Part shown: positions 42,608 to 52,431 of the stretch, one piece after another
Layout: the number at the start of each line of letters is the position of its first letter
Position numbering within the stretch: position 1 is the first letter of the stretch
Assembly (NCBI GenBank): GCA_963772365.1
Contig: CAVYXA010000005.1
Span: 64,001-128,000, forward strand
DNA: 64,000 nucleotides
Reading direction: 5' to 3'
From: an uncultured Verrucomicrobiae bacterium
Lineage (GTDB): Bacteria > Verrucomicrobiota > Verrucomicrobiia > Chthoniobacterales > UBA10450
Made by a program: the position numbers and the translations under genes
The notes under the pieces: generated by a model
Seen by the model: the letters and a program-made list of their open reading frames with translations, nothing else
The model's database searches: none
What the model was told of the DNA's origin: nothing

Positions 42608-43252
42608 ATGAAAAAAAGCATCTTAGCACTCCTTGCGGTTGGCCTTTTATGTGGCCTCACCTCCCAACAGCTTCAAGCGACCCCATTGCCTCCGGGTGGC
42701 GCCGTCGCGCCGGCGATTGGCTTCGTCGATCCCATGGCGACTGCAGTTTGCTCGATGGTTGGAGCATTCGCTTCCGGCGACATTCAGGGTACGGTCGAGT
42801 CATGGGTATTTTCAGGTGACACATTTAATCCCTTTGGCGGCCTTACGTTCGTCTATCGAATCAACAGTGCTCCGACAAGTACGGACACGATTAGCTCCTT
42901 GGGCATTTCTGGTTTTGCGGGTCTTCTCGCGGATGTGGTCCAAGATCCCGCCGGCGGCGCGTTCGCCTCAGCAATAGCTGACCGCTCCCTCGACGGTAAC
43001 ACGATCGGGTGGAACTTTTTGGGGGGTGGCAGAATTCCGGCTGGCGCAAGCAGCTTCTATCTGATCGTTAGAACTGATGGGACGACTTACCACACGGGAA
43101 CAGCGGGGGTTTCTGATGGGACAGGTGCAACTGCATCTCCTGTCTGCCTGCCGGGTGCCGTCCCAGACGGTGGCTCGGCGGTTGCGCTTCTCGGCATCGG
43201 CTTAGCGGGGATTGAAGGATTACGGAGAAGGCTCCAGGCGCGTAAAGCCTAA
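42608..43252 (+). CDS. VPDSG-CTERM-type sorted protein (VPDGG)
   Basis: Signal peptide; VPDGGSAVALLGIGLAGIEGLRRR. Confidence 0.9.
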   Translation: MKKSILALLAVGLLCGLTSQQLQATPLPPGGAVAPAIGFVDPMATAVCSMVGAFASGDIQGTVESWVFSGDTFNPFGGLTFVYRINSAPTSTDTISSLGISGFAGLLADVVQDPAGGAFASAIADRSLDGNTIGWNFLGGGRIPAGASSFYLIVRTDGTTYHTGTAGVSDGTGATASPVCLPGAVPDGGSAVALLGIGLAGIEGLRRRLQARKA

Positions 43253-43292
43253 CTAGCAGGACGTTCCAGTTCCTCAGTCGAGGATTTTTTAC

Positions 43293-43325
43293 CGGGCGGG
43301 GCCCTAAGACCCCGCCCGTTTTTTT
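43293..43325 (+). terminator. Intrinsic terminator
   Basis: cgggcgggg/ccccgcccg stem followed by T7. Confidence 0.85.
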
Positions 43326-43514
43326 ATGCAAAAACAAGTGGAAGATGAAAACGGAGCAGTGCATCCAAAGATCCTCGTGAACTCGATGATCCATAGTTAC
43401 CGAGCGAAAGCGCGACACCGCAATGTTTTTCCCTGTCCTAAAGAATCCCCGGACCTTGGCCTCGCCGTTTTCCTAGCCGCATCCTGGACAGGCTTGATCA
43501 ATTCTCGTTAATTC

Positions 43515-43623
43515 GTCGGAATGTCTTACGAACATTTCACAAGCCACAAACAGTTGGAATTTTTTAAGTTGCATCAGGTGAAGTGTTTAAGGTTGGAACT
43601 AAATTGGTGGCATCAGGCTTGCT
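43515..43623 (+). promoter_or_regulatory. Enhancer + sigma54 promoter
   Basis: GTCGGAATGTCTTACG (43515-43530); TGGCATCAGGCTTGCT (43608-43623). Confidence 0.85.
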
Positions 43624-43661
43624 AAGAAGTATTCGACCAAAGAATGGCAACAGGAGCAAAA

Positions 43662-44327
43662 ATGAAGAATCTTACCAAAATAACGCTCACGATATTCGCA
43701 ATCGCAACAATAGCAGCGGAGGTCAAAGCGACACCACTACTGCCGGGCACGGCTGCTCTTCCGGCTGTAAGTTCAATTGCAGTCGGCGCGACGCTAGTCG
43801 CCTCCTCGTCTGTAGGGTTCGTCAACGGTTCGGTCGATGGAGTTTTTAATTCCTACGTGTTCAATGAACACCTTGGGGGAGGAGCACTGACCTTTGTTTA
43901 TGAGGTCCAAAACAACGGAGCAGGCACGGCAGCCTTTTCACGCTTCGCTATGGCAAATTTCGCTGGATATTCAGTAGATGTTTATCAGTCCAGCACCATT
44001 CCCGGTAGCGGTGTGATCGGAGGGACGCTGATGACTACGGCCGACCGGTCCTCATTTGCGGACGACGGTGGTGATGTAGTCGGTGCAAATTTCCTTCCGA
44101 AACTTCCGAACGGCTCAAATAGCTACTGGTTGATCGTACGCACGAATGCTACAGGATTCGTTTTGGACACGGCAGGCGTCATTGATGGAAGGACCGTCAA
44201 CCCTGCGGCCTATTTGCCGACTGGTCCAGCGGCAGTTCCCGACGGCGGCTCCGCAGTAGCACTGTTAGGGATCAGTTTGGCAGGAATCGAAGGTGTACGC
44301 AGAATCATTCGGGCGCGTAAGGCATAA
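43662..44327 (+). CDS. VPDSG-CTERM-type sorted protein, paralog of 42608-43252
   Basis: RBS AGGAG; shared LTFVY, ADRS, LIVRT; VPDGGSAVALLGISLAGIEGVRR. Confidence 0.9.
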   Translation: MKNLTKITLTIFAIATIAAEVKATPLLPGTAALPAVSSIAVGATLVASSSVGFVNGSVDGVFNSYVFNEHLGGGALTFVYEVQNNGAGTAAFSRFAMANFAGYSVDVYQSSTIPGSGVIGGTLMTTADRSSFADDGGDVVGANFLPKLPNGSNSYWLIVRTNATGFVLDTAGVIDGRTVNPAAYLPTGPAAVPDGGSAVALLGISLAGIEGVRRIIRARKA

Positions 44328-44379
44328 GCGCCATAAGCGCGTTTGCCGAAAAGGCTGCAATTACTGATTTGAATTGACC

Positions 44380-44412
44380 GGGCAGGTGCCAAGACCCGCC
44401 CTGTTTCTTTTT
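44380..44412 (+). terminator. Intrinsic terminator (similar to 43293)
   Basis: gggcaggt/acccgccc followed by a T-rich tail. Confidence 0.65.
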
Positions 44413-44581
44413 CTGCTCCTGATTTAGTATCGAGCAGAGCAATTGAACCTTTCGCGTTTTCGATCGGTGGATGGCAGAACCGACGCGATCTTTCACCCGG
44501 ATCGCGAGTGGATCGACAATCGCGTGCTAACAACGATTGTTCTTATCCACGGATTGAACCTGGGAACCAAACCATTCCAAG

Positions 44582-44704
44582 AATCACGCAATAACACCCA
44601 ATCCAGCTTCAGTTTTCGATAGCGGTTGGAAGCGCAACCTTTTTCGGGTAGGCGTGTTCGCGTTCGAGATTTTGCGCAGGCGCCTCAACTCTGGGCGCAC
44701 GTAA
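44582..44704 (+). pseudogene. Decayed VPDSG-CTERM tail
   Basis: Translates NHAITPNPASVFDSGWKRNLFRVGVFAFEILRRRLNSGRT*; in-frame stop upstream at 44555. Confidence 0.5.
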
Positions 44705-44746
44705 TAAAGAATTTTCAGCTGCACGCCTAAAGCGGTGCATTTGGCC

Positions 44747-44771
44747 GGGCGGGAGTAATCCCGCCCATTTT
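44747..44771 (+). terminator. Hairpin/terminator
   Basis: GGGCGGGA-GTAA-TCCCGCCC-ATTTT. Confidence 0.7.
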
Positions 44772-44824
44772 GCGTACGTGCGAATTCTTTTGCTTTGCGA
44801 CGATCCTGACGCCGTGTCGGTTTT

Positions 44825-44943
44825 GTCGGAAACGTTTACGGTTTCTGACGTTCAAATCGATGCAAGGCGAGAAATCATATTACATAACCTATTCCAATTA
44901 AAGAAGTTATAAACTTACAGTCAGCGCTAGCATCTAAGTTGCT
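44825..44943 (+). promoter_or_regulatory. Enhancer + degenerate sigma54 site
   Basis: GTCGGAAACGTTTACG (44825-44840); TAGCATCTAAGTTGCT (44928-44943). Confidence 0.65.
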
Positions 44944-45078
44944 ATGCCAATTAGCGTTGGAAAGAGACAAAACCCACACCGCTGTTATTCAAAACTGAAA
45001 CCAGAATTCATGAGCCAGCTTTACAGCTTGAAAAACAATGGATTGCCGTTAGGCTCTGCGGGCTTCCTCCCATTCTTC

Positions 45079-45636
45079 ATGACTCATTCCCGCGACGAGC
45101 TCGCTAAATCGGAAACGCCACGTTGGTTTTGTCTGCGAACAGCGCCCAAGCATGAGCACATTGCTTCGATAACGTTGCGTCGGCACGTGGAGGTCCCCTG
45201 CTTTTCTCCACGGGTCCGATTTAAGAAGGCGACCCGGCGCGGTGCGGTTTGGTTCGTTGAAGCTATGTTCCCCGGCTACGTCTTCGCGGAATTCATTTAT
45301 CCGCTGCTCCATCGGCGAGTTGAACACGCATCCGGCATCCAAGGCATTGTCCATTTCGGCGATCAGATCGCGACTGTCGATGCTGACGTGATCCAGGTGC
45401 TGCGCGAAAAAGCGGGAGAAGAAGAAGTTGTAACTGTTAATTCGGAGATCAAGCCGGGAGAATCAGTTCGCATCACCGAAGGACCGTTTCAGGGACTGGA
45501 AGCCGTGGTCACCCGCGTGATGCCAGCCAAAGAACGGGTGCGCGTGCTGCTGGAGTTTCTCGGTCGATCGGTCGAGACCGAAGTGGCTGCTCCGAAAGTT
45601 CTACCTGCAAATCGCGGGCGTTTTTCAACGCTGTAG
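45079..45636 (+). CDS. RfaH/NusG-family antiterminator
   Basis: WFCLRTAPKHE, MFPGYVF, KOW VRITEGPFQGLE, RVRVLLEFLGR; start uncertain. Confidence 0.9.
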   Translation: MTHSRDELAKSETPRWFCLRTAPKHEHIASITLRRHVEVPCFSPRVRFKKATRRGAVWFVEAMFPGYVFAEFIYPLLHRRVEHASGIQGIVHFGDQIATVDADVIQVLREKAGEEEVVTVNSEIKPGESVRITEGPFQGLEAVVTRVMPAKERVRVLLEFLGRSVETEVAAPKVLPANRGRFSTL

Positions 45637-45809
45637 CACGCCATCCGGTGTGATAATCAGATTGTTGGCTTCGGCTTCCAGTTATTGATTTGACACTTCT
45701 GTCAAAAAACTGAACAGCCAAAACGCCTTGGATGGTCGGCTAAACGTTGAATCTCCACTAGAGATTGCGCGTACGAAAGGTGGGCATGTGTTTTGCTCCC
45801 GAAAGAGGC

Positions 45810-46013
45810 ATGTTTTTAGCGGCCGCACTCCTTGCATTTGGTTGCGGATCGTCGCTTCTGATCTGGTATCAGTTGCGAAAGGCACCTGAAGGCTATGAAG
45901 ACGAAACCGGTTTTCATGCTGCTGCCAGACGAGCGCGCGGAAGTAGCGTGGTATCGAGGAAAAAGCAATCTGCGCCGGGACACGGCAATTCGCCAGCGCA
46001 TATCAAAGCCTGA
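45810..46013 (+). CDS. Small membrane protein
   Basis: RBS GAGG; TM followed by APEGYEDETGFH. Confidence 0.5.
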   Translation: MFLAAALLAFGCGSSLLIWYQLRKAPEGYEDETGFHAAARRARGSSVVSRKKQSAPGHGNSPAHIKA

Positions 46014-46216
46014 CCGAAGATAACGCATTTCCTTCTGGACCGTTCGCGTTGCGACGTCGCTCGGAATTTAAGGTGGAACGTGATCTCCGAGCGCGTTGAT
46101 AATAAACGCGGCTCCCGCCGTCAAACTTCCGATTTCATCATCGGGAATCTCCGCCGGGCGACTCTGTAATTGGATTCTTGATTTTTGGTATCGACGATGC
46201 TCATAATGGATTTCCG

Positions 46217-46909
46217 ATGGTCAGGGCGAATTGTCGGGAGCGATTCACGGCTGCGGACTTCGATTTTATCGTTCGCACTCTCGCCCGTTCGCAAACCGAT
46301 CACGTATCGCTTGTCGATCTTCTGAGCGATGCGGAAACGCGCGATTCGGTGCTCGATCATCCGCGCCTGGTCAGCGCGATCCTATCGAACCCCGGACAAC
46401 TCCGCATCTCTTCGCAATTTTATTTTTACGTGCTCGCCCGGCACGTCTTGCAGCAGGCCGGCATCACCGATCGCAAGCTCTGCGATTACGTGGGTTCGTT
46501 GCTCGAGACGTTTTCCCGGGCCAGCCGTTTGACTGCGACTGACGACGCCGAGAACCGCGGCCGTCAATACGTTTCCGATCTGCTGATCGCGCTGAAGCGA
46601 GCGACATCCGAGCAGGCCTTTCTGCTTCGGGCACACGCCGGAAATTATTCGCTATTCATTAGCGGTATCTTTCATGAGAACACGCACCGCCGCAGTTTGC
46701 GCGGCGCACCCGATCTCGAGTTTTACGAGCAAATCGGGCGAACCAATTATCAGCTGGTTTCTTCCCATCAGACTGCGCGCCGCTGTGAATTGGACGACGT
46801 TTTCGAAGGTCTGGCGGATCGTTTCCGCGAGGTTCGCCTCGCACTGAACGAGCTTTCCGATCGGCTTCTCAACCTCGACGAATCTCCCACCGGTTCTCTT
46901 TTTCTGTGA
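46217..46909 (+). CDS. Conserved hypothetical protein
   Basis: Long ORF; GNYSLFISGIF; coupled to the next gene. Confidence 0.7.
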   Translation: MVRANCRERFTAADFDFIVRTLARSQTDHVSLVDLLSDAETRDSVLDHPRLVSAILSNPGQLRISSQFYFYVLARHVLQQAGITDRKLCDYVGSLLETFSRASRLTATDDAENRGRQYVSDLLIALKRATSEQAFLLRAHAGNYSLFISGIFHENTHRRSLRGAPDLEFYEQIGRTNYQLVSSHQTARRCELDDVFEGLADRFREVRLALNELSDRLLNLDESPTGSLFL

Positions 46910-47595
46910 ACGAAACACTTTTTAGCCAGATCCAGCGATTGTTCGAGCGGACTTACGCCCAGGTTGGAATCAATCTGGAAGACTGCCTGATCGACCGGCA
47001 GCGTTGCGCGCAATTGTCGATGCTCGCCGGCAAAGCAGCCCGGGAATTGAACGATCTAGCCCGCACGTTCTTGCGTACTGCTGACGACCGGCTTTACGTC
47101 GGCATTTATTATTCACGCTGGTTGATCGAGCAACTCGAACGCCACGATCCGCGCTACGGCCTGAGCAATCGCAATATTCGGTCGCTGATTAGTTTTGTGG
47201 AAGAAATCAATCACGCGCTTCACGCGGCGTTGCAATTCAAGAACGGTGCTCGCGAAATCGGCTCCGAGGAGTTTGCCCGCAATCTCGAGCTGCAGGCGCA
47301 GGTGGACACGTATCTGGTGCTGTTACTCTTTGTCGCTTTTTTCCGAAAAACTCAGAGAGTATCGAAAACAGATCGACGCTGGCTGCGATTTCATCTGTTT
47401 GCCAGAACTTGTCCGAATGCGTTTCGCGACGCCAATCTGCGCGGCCGTTACCTGGAAACGACTACGCTGGCATCGAGCTATACGGAATACCTCGATACAC
47501 TTAATGGTCTCCGGCGCCTAGAGGAAATCCGCGTGTTTCGCTCCCTGGATTACGACGAGAAGAAAGCACGGATTCTGGCCCTGCCGTTGCAATGA
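46906..47595 (+). CDS. Hypothetical protein (possible EExxH metal motif)
   Basis: GTGA overlap; EEINH, LELQAQVD. Confidence 0.65.
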   Translation: MNETLFSQIQRLFERTYAQVGINLEDCLIDRQRCAQLSMLAGKAARELNDLARTFLRTADDRLYVGIYYSRWLIEQLERHDPRYGLSNRNIRSLISFVEEINHALHAALQFKNGAREIGSEEFARNLELQAQVDTYLVLLLFVAFFRKTQRVSKTDRRWLRFHLFARTCPNAFRDANLRGRYLETTTLASSYTEYLDTLNGLRRLEEIRVFRSLDYDEKKARILALPLQ

Positions 47596-47741
47596 TTATC
47601 TTCCGAGGGTGGTCTCAAGGAGCTCCCTCAAACTCGAAAATCGGTAGCGACCTTGTCGCGCAATAATGTAGCCGCTTCGTTTTCCTCCGGGTTGGCGGAG
47701 CGAGATCCAAATAAGGTTCGCGCGACTGCAATCGAGGGCTC

Positions 47742-48473
47742 ATGTTTCTTCATTCGACCATGGGCAAAATCGATCTGCTTCCACGCTCCTGGCGATCTCG
47801 AAGCAAAAAGGAAAACCGGACCGGACCGCCGCCCGTGCCGCTCTATGGGATGTGGGACCGCCTGGCTGGATTCGCCGCGGAAATCCGGTCGAGTCCTTTC
47901 ATGGCCGAGATGATGCACCGCCGCGAGCAGTTCGGGAAAATCGGAACGATGGCCGCGCTCGATTGTGCGACGCTCTACGCGCTGACTCGGTTCCAGCGTC
48001 CGGAGATCGTAATCGAGTCTGGCGGCTTTATTGGTTTGTCCGCTGCATTTATTCTGAAAGCTCTGGCCGATGAAAAACTCGCGGGTGCGCGTGTCTACAG
48101 CATCGAAGCGAGCGATGACTGTGCTCACTGGGCTTTGATTCCCGACGAACTCCGGCCGCAGCTCGTTCCGCTGCGCGCAAAAGTGGAAAACCTGGTGCGT
48201 GGTAATCAACTGCCGTCAAAGATCGACATGTTTTTGCATGACAGTTCGCACCGCTACCGGCACATGCATTGGGAATTTAAAGAGTTTTGGCGGCGTCTTC
48301 GGGACGGCGGCATGCTTGCCTCACACGATGTGAATATCACCAGTGCGTTCGCCGAGTTCGTGGCCAAGACATACGCCCACAATAGGTATACCGAGATGAT
48401 CGATTACGAACGGACGCTCCATCAGGAGTGGGGTCGCTGGGGATACATCGGATTCATCGTTAAGAAGATGTGA
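47742..48473 (+). CDS. Class I SAM methyltransferase (Methyltransf_24-like)
   Basis: VIESGGFIGLS, DMFLHDSSH, GGMLASHD. Confidence 0.8.
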   Translation: MFLHSTMGKIDLLPRSWRSRSKKENRTGPPPVPLYGMWDRLAGFAAEIRSSPFMAEMMHRREQFGKIGTMAALDCATLYALTRFQRPEIVIESGGFIGLSAAFILKALADEKLAGARVYSIEASDDCAHWALIPDELRPQLVPLRAKVENLVRGNQLPSKIDMFLHDSSHRYRHMHWEFKEFWRRLRDGGMLASHDVNITSAFAEFVAKTYAHNRYTEMIDYERTLHQEWGRWGYIGFIVKKM

Positions 48474-48561
48474 ACGGTCGCGAATCGCAAAGCTGCTTTT
48501 CAATCTGCCGGTCCAGTCGAATTTTGTTTGCGCAAATCGCGGTCTCATCTAAATACGGATC

Positions 48562-49416
48562 GTGTTCACGCTCACCATGCTCGGCAGCGGTAGCGCGGGA
48601 AATAGTGCATTGCTGGCGACAGGTCACGGCAAGATCCTGATCGATGGAGGGCTGAGCGCGCGTCAGATTGTTGTCAGGCTTGAACAATGTGGTGTTCAAC
48701 CCGAGCAACTCGATGGCGTGCTGCTTACACATGAGCACGGCGACCATGTCTGCGGCTTGGAAGTTCTTTGCCGGAAATTCCAGGTGCCGATTTACTGCAA
48801 TGCACTTACCGCAGAATCTCTCCGAGACAATGAAACGTGGAACGAATATCGGAACTGGCGCATTTTTCGCACCGGCTCGGAATTTTCGATCTGCGACGTC
48901 GTGATCCAGACTTTCCCGGTTCCGCATGATGCGGTCGAACCTGTCGGCTTCGCGTTTCACGCCGGAAATCGGTCATTAGGCTTTATTACCGATCTCGGTT
49001 ATGCCACCAAGCTGTTGATCGAGCGTTTGCGAGAAGTGTATAGCCTCGTCATCGAGACCAACCACGACGAAAAACTTTTACAGAAGGATATCCATCGACC
49101 CTGGCCGGTGAAACAGCGAATCCTCTCCCGTCATGGTCATCTCTCAAATACCGCAGCGGCGAATGTGATTGAAGAGTTGCTGCCCGGAAAATTGGAGCGC
49201 GTCGTCCTCGGACATCTGAGCCGCCATTGCAACACGCCGGCGCTCGCTCTTGGAGCGATCGAGTCGCTGCTGACGCGCAATGGCAGGTCCGACATCGCGG
49301 TGCATTGTGCGACGCAAACCGAAATGAGTCCGCGGTTTGTTATTGGTGAAACCGAAGCCGGAGCATTTCAGCGCACATTCGACGACGCGCTTCTTCACTG
49401 TAGCGGCGCTCTATGA
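48562..49416 (+). CDS. MBL-fold metallohydrolase (YycJ/WalJ-like)
   Basis: GSGSAGN, THEHGDH, VPHDA, TDLG, GHLSN. Confidence 0.9.
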   Translation: MFTLTMLGSGSAGNSALLATGHGKILIDGGLSARQIVVRLEQCGVQPEQLDGVLLTHEHGDHVCGLEVLCRKFQVPIYCNALTAESLRDNETWNEYRNWRIFRTGSEFSICDVVIQTFPVPHDAVEPVGFAFHAGNRSLGFITDLGYATKLLIERLREVYSLVIETNHDEKLLQKDIHRPWPVKQRILSRHGHLSNTAAANVIEELLPGKLERVVLGHLSRHCNTPALALGAIESLLTRNGRSDIAVHCATQTEMSPRFVIGETEAGAFQRTFDDALLHCSGAL

Positions 49417-49443
49417 GCGTCAAAATCGGCTTCACCCGAAAAA

Positions 49444-50130
49444 ATGCAGGGCGGGGATGTATTCGAATTGATGCACATGCTAATGGAATATCGTCATCAG
49501 CCGATTCACGCCGAGCTGGACAAGATTCGCAAAAAGTACTCGATGCTTCACCTCGATGCGCTGCTGTTGATCTATCACTTCGCACGCGTCTGTTCGGGGC
49601 AAATTCTCGAGATCGGTTCGTTTCTCGGCGGAGCCACCATCGCAGCCGCCTATGGCGTCCGTGATTCGGGCCTGACAAAAACACTGATCTCGATTGAACA
49701 AGGCGGTAGTTTGCAGCATCGCCGCTTGCGGAGCCGGAATATCTGGCGGGATTTGGAGCGGAATCTTGCCCGGGAGCGCGTGCGGGACATTGTCACTTTG
49801 CTTAAAGGCCGTTCATCTGACCAAACCGTCGTGACCGCCGTTCATCAAGCGCTCGGCCCGGATCAGATTGGCCTTTTCATCCTCGATTCAGACGCAGGTA
49901 AACGGCGCGATATTGATTGTTACTGCGGCAAATTGGCGCCGGACTGCTGGATGGTGATCGATGATTATTATTCGCCGGCACCGGATAACAAGATCGCGAT
50001 GACCCGCAGAGACGTGGACTCGTTGGTCACGTCCGGTCATTTGGCGCAGCTTGGATTTTACGGTTGGAGCACCTGGGTAGGCCGCTGGCAGGGACAAAGT
50101 CAGGTTTCCTCCGGGCCGACAACTAAATGA
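49444..50130 (+). CDS. Class I SAM methyltransferase (Methyltransf_24-like)
   Basis: LEIGSFLGGAT, MVIDDY. Confidence 0.75.
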   Translation: MQGGDVFELMHMLMEYRHQPIHAELDKIRKKYSMLHLDALLLIYHFARVCSGQILEIGSFLGGATIAAAYGVRDSGLTKTLISIEQGGSLQHRRLRSRNIWRDLERNLARERVRDIVTLLKGRSSDQTVVTAVHQALGPDQIGLFILDSDAGKRRDIDCYCGKLAPDCWMVIDDYYSPAPDNKIAMTRRDVDSLVTSGHLAQLGFYGWSTWVGRWQGQSQVSSGPTTK

Positions 50131-50477
50131 ATCACGCCAGCCGGATCGGAGACAAAGAATCCGTTAAAATCTTCCCGCAAATGCTCGACCTCATCCCGTC
50201 TGGCGACGCCGTGCACTTTAAGAAATGCCGCCGCCGACTCTGTGTCGTTCGTTTCCAGCTCCAGCCAAATGTCCGGATGACTCAGATTTGGCACCCGGTC
50301 GATCCAAAGTCGGTTCGGCCCAAATTGAAAGATGCAGCCATCGCTCTCTTCTTCCAGCAAAGGCAGGCCGAGCGTGTCGCGATAAAATGCGATCGTCTGC
50401 TCGTAAGTGTGGCTTGGACATTTAATCGCAATATTTGCGCCGCCGGAAAACTGTGGCCCTTCGAGTTTAGCAACCAT
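50100..50477 (-). CDS. VOC/glyoxalase family protein
   Basis: TIAFYRDTLGL, FFVSDPAG. Confidence 0.8.
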   Translation of the reverse strand: MVAKLEGPQFSGGANIAIKCPSHTYEQTIAFYRDTLGLPLLEEESDGCIFQFGPNRLWIDRVPNLSHPDIWLELETNDTESAAAFLKVHGVARRDEVEHLREDFNGFFVSDPAGVIHLVVGPEET

Positions 50478-50509
50478 ATGTCGATCTTAGCAGCGCAGCG
50501 CTAAATGCG

Positions 50510-51019
50510 CTAAAGATGCGGCAGGATTTTTTGGGCGACCTCCTTTGCCTTTTCCAAGGAACCGGCGTCGTTCGAGTAACCGCTCAAACCGACGGTGAGG
50601 ATCGATTTGCCTTTGACTACGTACAACATCAGCGCATCAGACGGCAGCGCGCTGGCAACTCCTTCACTGGCAAAAGCTTTATCGCCCAAGCCTGAAACCG
50701 GTTTCAGCCCCGGAGTATTTTTCATCATTCCATTCAGTTCCTGCTCTGTTTCATGACGCTCGGATGCCTGATAGAGACGCAGCAGAAGCGTTTTGCCCGG
50801 AGGGATGCTGTAGTAATTGCACTTGGAATAATAACCTTCACTGCCTTGAATGTTAACGGGCGTTGGATATTGCACCTTTGCGCCCAGAATCGACTCGACG
50901 GTTGCTTTGTCCACGATCTTTGAGACGTCGATCTTGATTTCCGGTACGGCAGAACAATTCATTGCCGCAATCAGAATAACGCCGATGCTGGTGACGAAAT
51001 TCCGGATCGATAATTTCAT
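50510..51019 (-). CDS. Secreted hypothetical protein
   Basis: Signal peptide; VSGLGDKAF. Confidence 0.65.
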   Translation of the reverse strand: MKLSIRNFVTSIGVILIAAMNCSAVPEIKIDVSKIVDKATVESILGAKVQYPTPVNIQGSEGYYSKCNYYSIPPGKTLLLRLYQASERHETEQELNGMMKNTPGLKPVSGLGDKAFASEGVASALPSDALMLYVVKGKSILTVGLSGYSNDAGSLEKAKEVAQKILPHL

Positions 51020-52431
51020 CCCGCGCCAAATCCCTCACCACCAGGCTCGGTCATTGCGATCGGATCAAGTGCGCGATCCAGTTCTGCCTCGGGTAAAATC
51101 TTCTTCTCACGGCAGATTTCGCGGACGGTCCTGCCAGTCTTCGCACTTTCCTTGGCGATCTCGGCAGCGCGATCGTACCCGATTTTCGGAGCCAAACTCG
51201 TGACCATGGCCATCGATAGTTCAACGAGGTCCTGACACCGCTTTTTGTTAGCGATGATGCCCGTGACACATTTCTCCCGGAAGGCGTCGCAAACGTTCGA
51301 TAGCAGACGGATCGATTCGAGAAGGTTATGCGCCATCACCGGCATCATCACGTTCAGTTCGAAATTTCCGTTTGCTCCGGCCCAGGTGATAGCGGTGTCG
51401 TTGCCAATGACCTCCGCGCATACCATCATCATCGATTCGCACAACACCGGATTGACTTTCCCCGGCATGATGGAGCTGCCCGGCTGCGTAGCCGGCAATT
51501 GAATTTCTCCGATCCCGCACCGTGGACCGCTTCCGAGCCAGCGAATATCGTTAGCGATCTTGAACAGACTGACCGCGATTGTCTTTAAATGCCCGCTCGC
51601 TTCGACCACGGCATCTTTCCCGCCCTGAGCCTCGAAATGGTTCTTCGCTTCGTAAAATTGAATGGTTGTCCGCTGTTCGAGATGCCGCATGATTTTCGCT
51701 GGAAGATCGACATGTCGGTTCAGACCGGTTCCGACTGCCGTCCCACCCAGGGCCAGTTCGCGCAAAACCTCCAGCGCTTTTTCAGCTCGCAGTTTTCCAT
51801 GGGCTATCTGCTGAGCGTAACCGGAGAATTCCTGGCCCAAGCGGATCGGCGTGGCATCCATTAAATGCGTGCGCCCGATCTTGATAATGTCCCGAAATTC
51901 TCCCGCCTTGCTTTCGAGCGCGTGCTGCAATTTCTCGAGGGCCGGCACGAGATGATTCTTCAATTGCTCGGCCGCGCTGATGTGAATCGCCGATGGAATC
52001 ACATCGTTGCTCGATTGACCCATGTTGACGTGATCGTTCGGATGAACAACCTCGCGGGAGCCGATTGGTTTACCGGCAAGCTGGGCGCAGCGATTCGCGA
52101 TCACTTCGTTCGCGTTCGTGTTCGTGCTCGTTCCGGAGCCGGTTTGGAAAATGTCGAGCGGGAAGTGCGCGTCGAGTTTTCCATCGACAACTTCTTCGGC
52201 GGCCTGGACGATCAATGCCGCGCGTTCGGCATCGAGCAATCCCAGGTCGTGGTTCGATTGCGCCGCGGCCCATTTGATTAGACCGAGCGCTCGAATAAAC
52301 GGCCGGGGGAATCGATACCCGCTGATCGGGAAATTCAGAACCGCCCGTTGGGTGGACGCACCATAGAGCGCCGTTGCCGGGACGGACATCTCGCCCATCG
52401 AATCTTTTTCCATCCGCGTTGGCTCAGCCAT
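51016..52431 (-). CDS. fumC: Class II fumarate hydratase
   Basis: RMEKDSMGE, FQTGSGT, GRTHLMDA, GSSIMPGKVNP. Confidence 0.97.
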   Translation of the reverse strand: MAEPTRMEKDSMGEMSVPATALYGASTQRAVLNFPISGYRFPRPFIRALGLIKWAAAQSNHDLGLLDAERAALIVQAAEEVVDGKLDAHFPLDIFQTGSGTSTNTNANEVIANRCAQLAGKPIGSREVVHPNDHVNMGQSSNDVIPSAIHISAAEQLKNHLVPALEKLQHALESKAGEFRDIIKIGRTHLMDATPIRLGQEFSGYAQQIAHGKLRAEKALEVLRELALGGTAVGTGLNRHVDLPAKIMRHLEQRTTIQFYEAKNHFEAQGGKDAVVEASGHLKTIAVSLFKIANDIRWLGSGPRCGIGEIQLPATQPGSSIMPGKVNPVLCESMMMVCAEVIGNDTAITWAGANGNFELNVMMPVMAHNLLESIRLLSNVCDAFREKCVTGIIANKKRCQDLVELSMAMVTSLAPKIGYDRAAEIAKESAKTGRTVREICREKKILPEAELDRALDPIAMTEPGGEGFGAG

